Of a stretch of 45,993 bases of DNA, positions 18,068 through 27,945 are shown in pieces. The stretch is from Candidatus Methylomirabilia bacterium (GTDB lineage Bacteria; Methylomirabilota; Methylomirabilia; Rokubacteriales; CSP1-6), in NCBI GenBank assembly GCA_041492755.1, contig JBGPXN010000015.1:1-45993 (forward strand). The letters run 5' to 3'. The translations under genes were made by a program, and so were the position numbers. The notes beneath the pieces are model-generated. The model did no database searches, was not told the origin of the DNA, and was given only the letters and a program-made list of their open reading frames with translations. The first letter of the stretch is position 1, and every line of letters starts with the position of its first letter.

Positions 18068-21000
18068 ATGGGCACTGACGTGTTCGTCGAGCTCCACGCG
18101 CAGTCGGCGTTTTCCTTCCTCGAGGGCGTCGAGCAGCCGGAGACGCTGGTGGCGGAAGCGGCCAGGCGGGAGATGTCGGCGCTCGCGCTCGTCGATCGTG
18201 ACGGCGTCTTCGGCGCGCCGCGCTTCACGCGCGCCGCGGTGGCGGCGGGACTCAAGCCGATTCTCGGCAGCGAGATCACGCTGTCCGACGGCTCGCGGCT
18301 GCCGCTGCTCGTGGAAGACCGCGAGGGCTACCAGAACCTGTGCCGGCTGATCACGCGCATGAAGCTCGGCGCGCCCAAGGGGGAGGCGACGCTCGCGCTC
18401 GAGGACCTCGCACCCTACGCCAACGGGCTCGTGTGCTTGACCGGCGGCGCGCAGGGGCCGCTCGCCCGGCGCGTCGGTGCCGGACAGTGGGACGCTGCCG
18501 TCGAGACGCTCGGCCGGCTCGTGGCGATCTTCGGCCGCTCGAGCTGCTTCGTGGAGCTCCAGCGGCATCTCGACCGCGATCAGGAGCAGGTCGTCGAAGG
18601 CCTGGTCCGGCTCGCCCGTTCCGCCCGCGTGCCGTTCGTGGCGACCAACCAGCCACGGCACGCGCGGCCCGGCGGCCGCGCGGTCGCCGACGTGTTCACG
18701 TGCATCCGCGAGAAGACCGATCTCGATCATGCCGGCCGGCGCCTGGCCGCCAACGGCGAGCGCGGGCTCAAAGGGCCGGCGGAGATGACACGTCTCTTCG
18801 CCGATCTGCCGGAGGCGCTCGCGGTCAGCAGCGAGCTGGCGCTGCGACTGGGCTTCACCCTGAAGGACCTCGGCTACCGCTTCCCGACGTATCCGCTGCC
18901 GCCGGGCCAGACGCCGCTCGGACATTTGCGCGAGCTCGCCGAACGCGGCGTGCACGCGCGCTACGGGCGCGGGCCGCTGGCCGGCCGCGCCCGCCGGCAA
19001 GTCGCCCACGAGCTCGACATCATCGGCCGTCTGGATCTCGCCGGCTACTTCCTGATCGTGTGGGACATCGTCGAGTTCTGCCGGACGCAGGACATCCTCA
19101 TGCAGGGGCGCGGCTCCGCGGCGAACAGCGCGGTGTGCTACGCGCTTGGCATCACCGCCGTCGATCCCGTGGGCATGGAGCTGCTGTTCGAGCGCTTCCT
19201 GAGCGAAGCGCGCGGCGAGTGGCCCGACATCGACGTCGATCTGCCCAGCGGCGAGCCCCGGGAGGCGGTGATCCAGTACGTGTACCGGCGCTACGGCCGG
19301 CTCGGCGCCGGCATGACGGCCAACGTGATCACCTACCGCGGCCGCAGCGCCGCGCGCGAAGTGGGCAAGGCGCTCGGGCTCCCCGCCGACATGCAGGACC
19401 GGCTCGCGCGGCTGGTGGCCAACTGGGGCTACCAGGATTCCGAAGAGCTGCTCACCAAGCACCTGCCGGAGGCGGGGTGCGACGTGCGGCATCCACGTAT
19501 CCGGAAGTTCGCCGCGCTGTGGACGCTCGTCCAGGACCTGCCGCGCCACCTCGGGCAGCACTCGGGCGGGATGGTGATCGCGGCCGGCCGGCTCGACGAC
19601 GTGGTGCCGCTCGAGCCCGCGACCATGCCGGGCCGGGTGGTGGTGCAGTGGGACAAGGACGATTGCGCGGGCCTCGGGATCATCAAGATCGACCTGCTGG
19701 GACTGCGGATGATGTCGGTGCTGCAGGAGGCCATCGAGATCGTCAACGAGCGCGGCACCCCGCTCGACCTCGCGCACCTGCCGCCCGACGATCCCGACGT
19801 GTACCGCATGCTCCAGCGCGCGGACACCATCGGCGTCTTCCAGGTCGAGAGCCGCGCGCAGATGGCGACGCTGCCGCGCGTGCACCCCGAGCGCTTCTAC
19901 GACCTGGTGGTGCAGGTGGCGATCATCCGTCCCGGACCGATCGTCGGCGACATGGTGCACCCCTACATCCGCCGCCGGCGCGGGCGCGAGCCGGTGACGT
20001 ATCCACATCCCAGCCTGGAGCCCATCCTCGCGCGCACGCTCGGCGTGCCGCTGTTCCAGGAGCAGCTGCTGCGCATGGCGATGACCGCGGCCGGCTTCAG
20101 CGGCACCGAGGCGGAGGAGCTGCGCCGCGCCTTCGGCTTCAAGCGCAGCGAGCGGCGCATGGCGGAGGTGGAGGTCAAGCTGCGTGAGGGCATGGCGCGC
20201 CAGGGCATCACCGGCCGCGCCGCCGACGAGATCGTCCACGCCATCACCGCCTTCGCGCTGTACGGGTTTCCGGAAAGTCACGCGTCCAGCTTCGCGCTGC
20301 TGGCGTATGCGAGCGCGTATCTCAAGGCGCACCAGCCGGCGGCGTTCTACGCGGCGCTGCTGAACAACCAGCCGATGGGTTTCTACCACGCGGCGACGAT
20401 CGTCAACGATGCGCGCCGCCACGGGCTGCGCATCCTGCCGGTGGACGTCACGCGTTCGGAGTGGCGGTGTACCGTCGAGACGCCGGGCGACCGACGAGAG
20501 CTCGTGGTGCGGTTGGGATTGCGGTACGTGAAGGGGCTGCGGGAGTCGGCCGCGCGGGCCGTGGTGACGGCGCGCCGGGCCCGGGTCTTCGGCTCGATGA
20601 CTGACGTTGTGACGCGCGCCGGGCTTGCGCGCGACGAGGTCACCACGCTGGCGGCCATCGGAGCGTTCGCGCCACTGGGGGGAACCCGCCGCGCGAACCT
20701 CTGGGCCACCGCCGTGCCGGACGCCGGGCCGCTGTTTTGTTCGGAGGGGGCGGCACCACTTTCCGTCCCGTCGGGTGGCCCGGTCGAGCATCCGTTGCGG
20801 GACATGGACCAGCGCGAGCGGCTGGCCGCGGACTACGGGGGGACCGGGGTGACGCTGGGGCCGCATCCGATGGCGCTGCGGCGCGCGGCGCTGGCGGCCC
20901 GCGGCGTCACGCGCGCGATCGACCTCGCCCGGGTGCCGGGCGATACGCGGGTCACCGTGGCCGGCAGCGTGATCGTGCGGCAGCGGCCGGGGACCGCGAG

Positions 21001-21220
21001 GGGCTTCGTGTTCCTGAGCCTCGAGGATGAGACCGGCATTGCGAACGTGATCGTCACGCCGCAACTCTTTGCACGGAATCGCGTCGCCCTGGTGGCCGCG
21101 CCATTTTTACTCGTAGAGGGAATCTTACAAGCGCAGGACGGCGTGCGGTCCGTGCGGGCGCAGCGGGTCGAGCCGTTGGCGCGCGATCCGCAGCACGTTC
21201 CCTCCCACGATTTCGGCTGA
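18068..21220 (+). CDS. dnaE2: Error-prone DNA polymerase DnaE2 (ImuC)
   Basis: PHP-domain ELHAQSAFSFLEG, QGRGSAANSAVCY, PDIDVD, PRHLGQHSGG, RQRPGTA.GF.F.SLEDETG, C-terminal SHDF. Confidence 0.97.
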   Translation: MGTDVFVELHAQSAFSFLEGVEQPETLVAEAARREMSALALVDRDGVFGAPRFTRAAVAAGLKPILGSEITLSDGSRLPLLVEDREGYQNLCRLITRMKLGAPKGEATLALEDLAPYANGLVCLTGGAQGPLARRVGAGQWDAAVETLGRLVAIFGRSSCFVELQRHLDRDQEQVVEGLVRLARSARVPFVATNQPRHARPGGRAVADVFTCIREKTDLDHAGRRLAANGERGLKGPAEMTRLFADLPEALAVSSELALRLGFTLKDLGYRFPTYPLPPGQTPLGHLRELAERGVHARYGRGPLAGRARRQVAHELDIIGRLDLAGYFLIVWDIVEFCRTQDILMQGRGSAANSAVCYALGITAVDPVGMELLFERFLSEARGEWPDIDVDLPSGEPREAVIQYVYRRYGRLGAGMTANVITYRGRSAAREVGKALGLPADMQDRLARLVANWGYQDSEELLTKHLPEAGCDVRHPRIRKFAALWTLVQDLPRHLGQHSGGMVIAAGRLDDVVPLEPATMPGRVVVQWDKDDCAGLGIIKIDLLGLRMMSVLQEAIEIVNERGTPLDLAHLPPDDPDVYRMLQRADTIGVFQVESRAQMATLPRVHPERFYDLVVQVAIIRPGPIVGDMVHPYIRRRRGREPVTYPHPSLEPILARTLGVPLFQEQLLRMAMTAAGFSGTEAEELRRAFGFKRSERRMAEVEVKLREGMARQGITGRAADEIVHAITAFALYGFPESHASSFALLAYASAYLKAHQPAAFYAALLNNQPMGFYHAATIVNDARRHGLRILPVDVTRSEWRCTVETPGDRRELVVRLGLRYVKGLRESAARAVVTARRARVFGSMTDVVTRAGLARDEVTTLAAIGAFAPLGGTRRANLWATAVPDAGPLFCSEGAAPLSVPSGGPVEHPLRDMDQRERLAADYGGTGVTLGPHPMALRRAALAARGVTRAIDLARVPGDTRVTVAGSVIVRQRPGTARGFVFLSLEDETGIANVIVTPQLFARNRVALVAAPFLLVEGILQAQDGVRSVRAQRVEPLARDPQHVPSHDFG

Positions 21221-21258
21221 GCGGCGCCGTTTCACGGACGTCCGCTGCGCATCGCGCG

Positions 21259-21274
21259 TGGCCGTCGATTTGCT
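21259..21274 (+). promoter_or_regulatory. Sigma-54 promoter candidate
   Basis: TGGCCG-TCGAT-TTGCT. Confidence 0.65.
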
Positions 21275-21297
21275 GTGTAGTGGGGCGAAGACGCGCT

Positions 21298-21735
21298 ATG
21301 GCGACCGTTCATCGTTTTCCCGTCCGGGACACCCAGGGCGTCCGCCCGACCGCTGTCCCCGATCTCGAAGACGCCGATGGCTTCTTCGGTCACCTCGGCC
21401 GCCTGCTCAGGCTCGAGCTGGAGCTCGGCCTCGCCGAAGGGCGCGAGCTCATCGTCTCCGTACTGGTCGCCGTCGCCATCGGGGTGGTCGCCGGCGTCGT
21501 CCTCCTCGCCTCGCTGGTGGTGCTGGTGGCCGGCGTGCTCGCGCCGATCTTCAGCGCCCACTGGCAGCACCTGATCATCGGGGGCGGCGGGTTCTTCTTG
21601 CTCGCGGCCGCGGCCGGGGCGTGGAGCGCATGGCGGCTCACCCATCTGCGATGGCCACCGGAAACGGTCCGGTCGTTCGAGGAGAACTGGCGATGGCTCG
21701 CAGCCCAGCTGAGATCCAGGCTGACATCGCGGTAA
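21298..21735 (+). CDS. Phage holin family / YhjD-like membrane protein
   Basis: L.RLLRLELEL..AE followed by two TM helices and P.ETVRSFEEN..WL tail. Confidence 0.7.
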   Translation: MATVHRFPVRDTQGVRPTAVPDLEDADGFFGHLGRLLRLELELGLAEGRELIVSVLVAVAIGVVAGVVLLASLVVLVAGVLAPIFSAHWQHLIIGGGGFFLLAAAAGAWSAWRLTHLRWPPETVRSFEENWRWLAAQLRSRLTSR

Positions 21736-21980
21736 CGCGCCGGCTGATCGAACGGCAGCTCGACTCCTTGCAGCGTCGCGTCCCGCGCGCGTGGTGGACG
21801 CCGTATGCCGCGGTGGCGGGCGCGTTCGGCGCCGGCGTCATGCTGTCGCGCGTGCCGCTGCTCACGCTGGTGCAGACCGCGGTGCGCACCGTGCAGGCCG
21901 GCCTGGCCGTCGTCGGCGTCGTCGCGGCCGTCGATCGCTTCATCGCCGAGCCGCCGGGCCAGGGACGGCGCGCGGCCTGA
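21693..21980 (+). CDS. DUF3618-like protein
   Basis: MARSPAEIQADIAVTR..IE.QLDSL N-terminus; GAGGAG RBS; typical partner of the holin-like gene. Confidence 0.65.
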   Translation: MARSPAEIQADIAVTRRLIERQLDSLQRRVPRAWWTPYAAVAGAFGAGVMLSRVPLLTLVQTAVRTVQAGLAVVGVVAAVDRFIAEPPGQGRRAA

Positions 21981-21981
21981 C

Positions 21982-22050
21982 GTGCCGGCAATCTGGAAGG
22001 GCGCCATCGCGTTCGGCCTCGTCACGGGGCCGGAGATCGTCAAGGGCTAA
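21982..22050 (+). pseudogene. ku: Ku (NHEJ) remnant
   Basis: Reads (M)PAIWKGAIAFGLVTGP-EIVKG*: Ku N-terminal motif joined to the internal EIVKG(Y) motif, directly upstream of LigD-Pol. Confidence 0.75.
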
Positions 22051-22057
22051 CATCGTG

Positions 22058-22987
22058 ATGAGCACACGCGTGGCGGAGATCCAGGGGCGGCGCCTGCTCC
22101 TCACCAATCCGGAGCAGATGCTGTGGCCGACCGAGAACATCACCAAGGGCGACCTGATGGAGTACTACCTCGACGTCGCGCCGTACGTGCTGCCGTTCGT
22201 CACCAACCGCCCGCTCAGCCTCCTGCGCTGCCCGGACGGTGTCGACGGCGAATGCACGTACCAGAAGACGGCCCCGCCGGGATTGCCGCCATGGATCCCG
22301 ACCCGGCGCATCCGCAGCGAGTACGCCGCGCTCGGCTATGCCGAGTACGTGGTCGGCGCCGACGAGGCGGCGCTGCTGTACCTCGTCAACCTCGGGTATC
22401 TCTCGTATCACCCGTGGACGGCGACCGTGGACGCGCTCGACCGGCCGGATCAGCTCCTGCTCGACCTCGATCCCACCGAGATCGCGTTTCGCGAGGTCCG
22501 CAACGCCGCGCTTCTCGTCCGGGAGCTCTTCGGCGCCTTCCGCATCCGGGCCTGGGTCAAGACGTCGGGCGGGCGCGGACTGCACGTGATGGTGCCGTTG
22601 GTGCCGGTGCACAGCTTCGATCAGGTGCTCACGGCCGCCGAGACCATCACCCGCATGGCCCGCCAGCGGGAGCCCAGCCTGTTCACGCTCGACGCCCGCC
22701 GCGCGCGCCGCCGCGGCAAGATCCTCATTGACATCCATCGTAACCATCGCGGAGCCACGCTGATCGGCCCCTACGCGGTCCGCGAGTATCCTGGCGCGCA
22801 CGTCTCGACACCGCTGGCATGGTCGGAGCTCGAGCGCGGCATTTACCCCGAGGACTTCCACTTCGGCAACGTGCGCGAGCGGCTTGCCGCCGCCGGCAAC
22901 CCGCTCGAAGATTTCTTCACCGGCCGGCAGGGTCTCGCTCCGCTGCTTGACACCGGCCGCGCCCGCCGCGTCCGGCCGCTCGCATAA
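22058..22987 (+). CDS. ligD: Stand-alone LigD polymerase (primase-polymerase) domain
   Basis: TKGDL.EYY, RPLSLLRCPDGV, PDQLLLDLDP, KTSGGRGLHV, ILIDIHRN..GAT...PY.VR, VSTPL.W.EL. Confidence 0.88.
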   Translation: MSTRVAEIQGRRLLLTNPEQMLWPTENITKGDLMEYYLDVAPYVLPFVTNRPLSLLRCPDGVDGECTYQKTAPPGLPPWIPTRRIRSEYAALGYAEYVVGADEAALLYLVNLGYLSYHPWTATVDALDRPDQLLLDLDPTEIAFREVRNAALLVRELFGAFRIRAWVKTSGGRGLHVMVPLVPVHSFDQVLTAAETITRMARQREPSLFTLDARRARRRGKILIDIHRNHRGATLIGPYAVREYPGAHVSTPLAWSELERGIYPEDFHFGNVRERLAAAGNPLEDFFTGRQGLAPLLDTGRARRVRPLA

Positions 22988-23002
22988 CCCTCCGTCTGGC
23001 GC

Positions 23003-23018
23003 TGGCACGGAAGTCGCA
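23003..23018 (+). promoter_or_regulatory. Sigma-54 promoter candidate
   Basis: TGGCAC-GGAAG-TCGCA. Confidence 0.7.
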
Positions 23019-23059
23019 CTCACAGTGAGCGCGACGCGCGTGGCGTCCAGGAGGCTCGT

Positions 23060-23356
23060 ATGAGGCAGGCGGCGATGCGAACGGTCACCACGGAAGAGGG
23101 GACCCGGCGCCTTCTCCAGACCGCCGCGGACACCGCGGAGCGTGCGGGCGTGTACGTGCAGGCCGCAATGAGCCGCCTCGGCGAGCAGGCCCAGGAGCTG
23201 ACCCACGCCGGCCACCGCATGGCCGAATACACCAGAGCGGTCGGGGGCTGGACGCGCGAGGCGCAGGACTTCATGCGCCGCCACCCGCTTCAGGTGCTGG
23301 CCGGCGCTTTGGTCCTCGGCTACGTCGCGGGCAAACTCCGGTGGAGGCGCGAGTGA
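23060..23356 (+). CDS. DUF883/ElaB/YqjD-like tail-anchored protein
   Basis: Helical N-terminus and C-terminal FMRRHPLQVLAGALVLGYVAGKL..RR; AGGAGG RBS. Confidence 0.8.
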   Translation: MRQAAMRTVTTEEGTRRLLQTAADTAERAGVYVQAAMSRLGEQAQELTHAGHRMAEYTRAVGGWTREAQDFMRRHPLQVLAGALVLGYVAGKLRWRRE

Positions 23357-23574
23357 GTACACATGCAGCCAGACGACTTCGCCGCCGCCGCCGCTCCTTC
23401 CTCGTCGAAATCGCGGCCGGCGCTCTGGTCGAGCAGCTCTTCGCCGCAGAGGTCGGCGGCCGTCTCACCGAAATAGTCGATGAAGCCGTCGATGGCCCGC
23501 GGGCGGTCGGGCTTGACGAGAGCAGTGGCGACGGTGGTGAGGCTCGGCGCTGGTGCGGTGCTCGTGTATGTCAT
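23320..23574 (-). CDS. Small acidic hypothetical protein
   Basis: GGAGA RBS, sigma-54 motif upstream, GC3-rich codons; 3' end overlaps the preceding gene by 37 nt. Confidence 0.5.
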   Translation of the reverse strand: MTYTSTAPAPSLTTVATALVKPDRPRAIDGFIDYFGETAADLCGEELLDQSAGRDFDEEGAAAAAKSSGCMCTHSRLHRSLPAT

Positions 23575-23629
23575 GGCGGTCTCCACGTGTTCGACGGCCG
23601 GAGTTCAAGTGGTTTTGGCCTGTGCAGGA

Positions 23630-23645
23630 TGCAGCCCGGATGCCA
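23630..23645 (-). promoter_or_regulatory. Sigma-54 promoter candidate
   Basis: TGGCAT-CCGGG-CTGCA. Confidence 0.6.
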
Positions 23646-23831
23646 TGACCGGGCTTCGTGGAGTTCCATCCATCGTCGTCTGGCGGGTGGGTAAGCGATT
23701 GCCCACCCCGCCGGCCATCGTTGAACGTTCTTCCTCTCTTTGGGTGTAGGTGTTTCACCAGCCCGACGCTGGACGTCCGCTTCTGGACGCCGCCACCCCG
23801 CGCCCGCGCAAAAAACCGGGCATTCTCGCGT

Positions 23832-23847
23832 TGGCACGTAGTCTGCC
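23832..23847 (+). promoter_or_regulatory. Sigma-54 promoter candidate
   Basis: TGGCAC-GTAGT-CTGCC. Confidence 0.7.
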
Positions 23848-23891
23848 TTTCTGTGGGCAGCCGCACGCAGGAGATCGGTGAGGAGGGCTCG

Positions 23892-24242
23892 ATGCGGACG
23901 ATCAAACAGGACCTGGAAAAGAAGCGGAGCGCGCTCAACAGCGCGATCCATTCCGGTATGGACTCGACCCGGAACTCCGACCAGCGCCGGGAGATGTTCA
24001 AGGACCCGTATGGCAGCGCCTCGCTCACGCACGATGACGAAGTCGCGGCCGCGCTGGTGGACCGGCGCGGTCGGGAGCTGAAGGACATCGACCGCGCTCT
24101 GGAGGAGGTCGAGGCGGGCCGCTACGGCATCTGTCGCGAGTGCGGTGACGAGATCGCGCCGGCGCGACTACGCGTCATGCCGTTCGCGATCCGCTGCGTT
24201 CGGTGCCAGGCCAGCCAGGAGGGTCTACGCCGCGCGGCCTGA
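23892..24242 (+). CDS. TraR/DksA C4-type zinc finger protein
   Basis: IDRAL....G.YGICRECGDEI...RL...PFA.RCVRCQ; AGGAGG RBS. Confidence 0.9.
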   Translation: MRTIKQDLEKKRSALNSAIHSGMDSTRNSDQRREMFKDPYGSASLTHDDEVAAALVDRRGRELKDIDRALEEVEAGRYGICRECGDEIAPARLRVMPFAIRCVRCQASQEGLRRAA

Positions 24243-24342
24243 CGCCCGCGGCATCGAGGCGAATAGCCGCCCCATCGATCGAGGGTTGCCGCCCTCGCGG
24301 CGGGTGACCGTAGGGCCGTGAAGAGACAAGGAGGATTCGGAC

Positions 24343-24654
24343 ATGAGACGGTTGATGAGTACTCTGGTGGTTGCGCTGGCCGTGTTGACGGCGCTGGCCG
24401 CTTGCCAGTCGATGACGGGAAAGACGGCCGGTGAGAACATCGACGACGCGACCATCACGGCGTCGGTGAAGGCGAAGCTCGTCGCTGATAAACCGACTAA
24501 CCTGACACGTGTGGACGTTGACACGAACAACGGCACTGTTTACCTTAACGGAACGGTCGAGTCTGCGGAGCAGAAGGCCAAGGCCGAGCAGCTCGCCTGG
24601 CAGGCGAAGGGCGTCAAGAACGTCGTCAATAACCTCCAAGTTCAGAAGCGCTAA
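24343..24654 (+). CDS. BON-domain lipoprotein (OsmY-like)
   Basis: LAAC lipobox; IDDATITASVKAKL, VDVDTNNGTVYLNG, GVKNVVNNLQV. Confidence 0.93.
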   Translation: MRRLMSTLVVALAVLTALAACQSMTGKTAGENIDDATITASVKAKLVADKPTNLTRVDVDTNNGTVYLNGTVESAEQKAKAEQLAWQAKGVKNVVNNLQVQKR

Positions 24655-24792
24655 GTCGGCCCGCGCCATGACACAGACCTTCTCGGCTCGGGAGCGGGAG
24701 GACCCGCTCCGGGTCGAGGCCCGGGGTTGCGTCGACCGGACCGACGAGGTCGCGGCGTCCCCGGTATTCGACCTCGCGGGGGAGAGACAGCC

Positions 24793-26195
<1,403 letters not shown>

Positions 26196-26196
<1 letters not shown>

Positions 26197-26810
26197 TGCC
26201 GCCGTTGCCGGAGGACCTTGAGCGGCTCCTGCACGACCTGCGAGGGCCGCTCAACGCCGCCATCATGCATCTCGAAGTCATTCGGCGGCTGACTCCAGAG
26301 GGCGACCAGGCGCAGGTCAGCGTCGACACCATCCAGCAGGAGCTGCTGCGGCTGGCCGCGTTGCTGCCCGCCGCCTTCGACGTCGTCGCCCTCGAGCGCG
26401 GCGATCTCAGCGCCGTCAATGCCCGTGACCTCGTCGAGCGGGCCCTGAAGGAGCACGGCCTCGGGGGCGTCGTCCTCGCCGAGGGCCCGTGGCCGGAGGT
26501 GCGGGTGGACGAACGGCTCGTCGGACTCGCGCTTGCTCACCTCGTGCGCAACGCGCTCCAGTCCGCCGCCGCCGCCGGCGCCTCCCGACCGCCGCGGGTG
26601 AGCGCGAGCCCGAGCGGCGCAGGGCAGGTGGCGTTCACCGTGCGCGACTGGGGGGGGGGTCTTCGCTCCACCAACCCCAAGGTGCTCGTGCGACTGCGTG
26701 GGGTCGGGCTGGTCACCGCCGAGCGTGTGGCGCGACTGCACGGCGGCGCGCTGAGCTTCGGATCGCCCGGTGTGGGCGCCGAGGTGACGCTGACCATCCC
26801 CGCGGCCTGA
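26196..26810 (+). CDS. Minimal histidine kinase-like protein without sensor domain
   Basis: H-box LHDLRGPL at residue ~13, N-box LVRNA, G1 DWGGG, G2 GVGL; ATG overlaps the activator stop. Confidence 0.8.
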
Positions 26811-27719
26811 TCAGGAAGCGACGGCCTCCATCATTGGCGGCGAAAGATCCCTCCACACCCCGTCGGCCACGGGGAGCACGGCGAAGGGCTCGGCCGCGGT
26901 GAAGAGTCCGTGCGAGATGTTCGCGACCGGCATGCCCTCGTATACGGCCTCGCAGAGCAGCGGCTCTTCCGGCGCGCCGAAGTGCGCTTCGAGCGGCTCC
27001 AGCGTCTCCAGCACGTCGGGTAGATACCGCGCGCCGAGATCGAGCAGCGTGCGCGCCCGCGCGACGATGACCCCCGTGCTGAGCAGGCCGTCGCCCTCGT
27101 ACAGCAGGAGGGCCTGTCCGCGCGACGGCGCGGGATAGAACCGGCGCACCGCGTGCACGCCAAGCGCTTCCAGGCCTTCCACCGGCTCTCCGGGCTCGAT
27201 CCACGGCCAATCGGGATCGGGGGAGCACGGCTGCGTGCCGATGACCACGGGAAGCTCCGGCCGTCGCGTCACAACCTGGACCGCCTTCGCGACGTACGTC
27301 ATGAATCGGGGCTCGTACCGCACGAGGCCGTCGGCCGGCAGGACGACGATGGTCGCGTGCGGGTCGCGCCGCTCAATCTTGAGCACGGGCAGGAAGACCT
27401 CGGCCGCACTGCCGCGGTAGCGCGGCTGCACGACGCGCTCGACCTCGCCCAACCCGCGCAGCTCGCTGTCGTAATATGCGGAATGGTCGCGCGCGATCAC
27501 GGCGATGAGCCGCTGCTCCGCGATGACGCGGGACGCGCACTCGAGGGTGTGCCGAAGCGGCGCCGGTGTCCGTCGTTGGCCGGTTGCGAGCGGCCGGCGA
27601 GCAGGACGAGGCAGCCGTCCCCCGCTCATGCTTCCGCTGAGGGCGATTCCCCAGAGGTGCGGCGGAAACGGTACTGCCGTGCGGTCGGTGCAGACGGTGG
27701 CCCCTGCGAACTCGATCAT
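26811..27719 (-). CDS. Mannose-1-phosphate guanylyltransferase-like protein, degenerate active site
   Basis: LRHTL, QPRYRGSAA, DPHATIVVLPAD, WPWIEPG, STGVIVARA, FAVLPV..VWRDL; lacks LAGGxGxRL/PKQ. Confidence 0.7.
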   Translation of the reverse strand: MIEFAGATVCTDRTAVPFPPHLWGIALSGSMSGGRLPRPARRPLATGQRRTPAPLRHTLECASRVIAEQRLIAVIARDHSAYYDSELRGLGEVERVVQPRYRGSAAEVFLPVLKIERRDPHATIVVLPADGLVRYEPRFMTYVAKAVQVVTRRPELPVVIGTQPCSPDPDWPWIEPGEPVEGLEALGVHAVRRFYPAPSRGQALLLYEGDGLLSTGVIVARARTLLDLGARYLPDVLETLEPLEAHFGAPEEPLLCEAVYEGMPVANISHGLFTAAEPFAVLPVADGVWRDLSPPMMEAVAS

Positions 27720-27782
27720 CGGTTCCTCCGTGCGGCGCGGCCGAGTTCCAGTCGCCGCGGGCGAAAGATAGGAAGGAGACGG

Positions 27783-27798
27783 TGCAGAAGCAGTGCCA
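27783..27798 (-). promoter_or_regulatory. Sigma-54 promoter candidate
   Basis: TGGCAC-TGCTT-CTGCA. Confidence 0.7.
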
Positions 27799-27945
27799 CG
27801 GTCGAAGTTTGGGAAACCCAGGCACTTAGCCAATTCGACGCGCCGCGCTGGAGTTGAAAATCCTTCAAAGCACGGGGATAGGTGTAACACTTACACGGCA
27901 GATATCGTTGCGCCGGGCTTCGCCCGAAGCGCGAAGGAGGCCCAG

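Noticed and set aside
20741..20765. tcggagggggc...ctttccg in a dnaE2 linker, resembling the REP-like hairpin at 34858
   Set aside because: Too short and degenerate to distinguish from chance
17876..21064. 1062-aa antisense ORF, and many other long shadow ORFs (e.g. 10322-12439, 32002-33855, 41576-43231)
   Set aside because: Arg/Pro/Ala-rich alternative frames of clear genes; expected in high-GC DNA
21298..21735. Holin-family gene as evidence of a prophage
   Set aside because: No phage genes nearby; this family commonly sits with DUF3618/DUF883 stress genes
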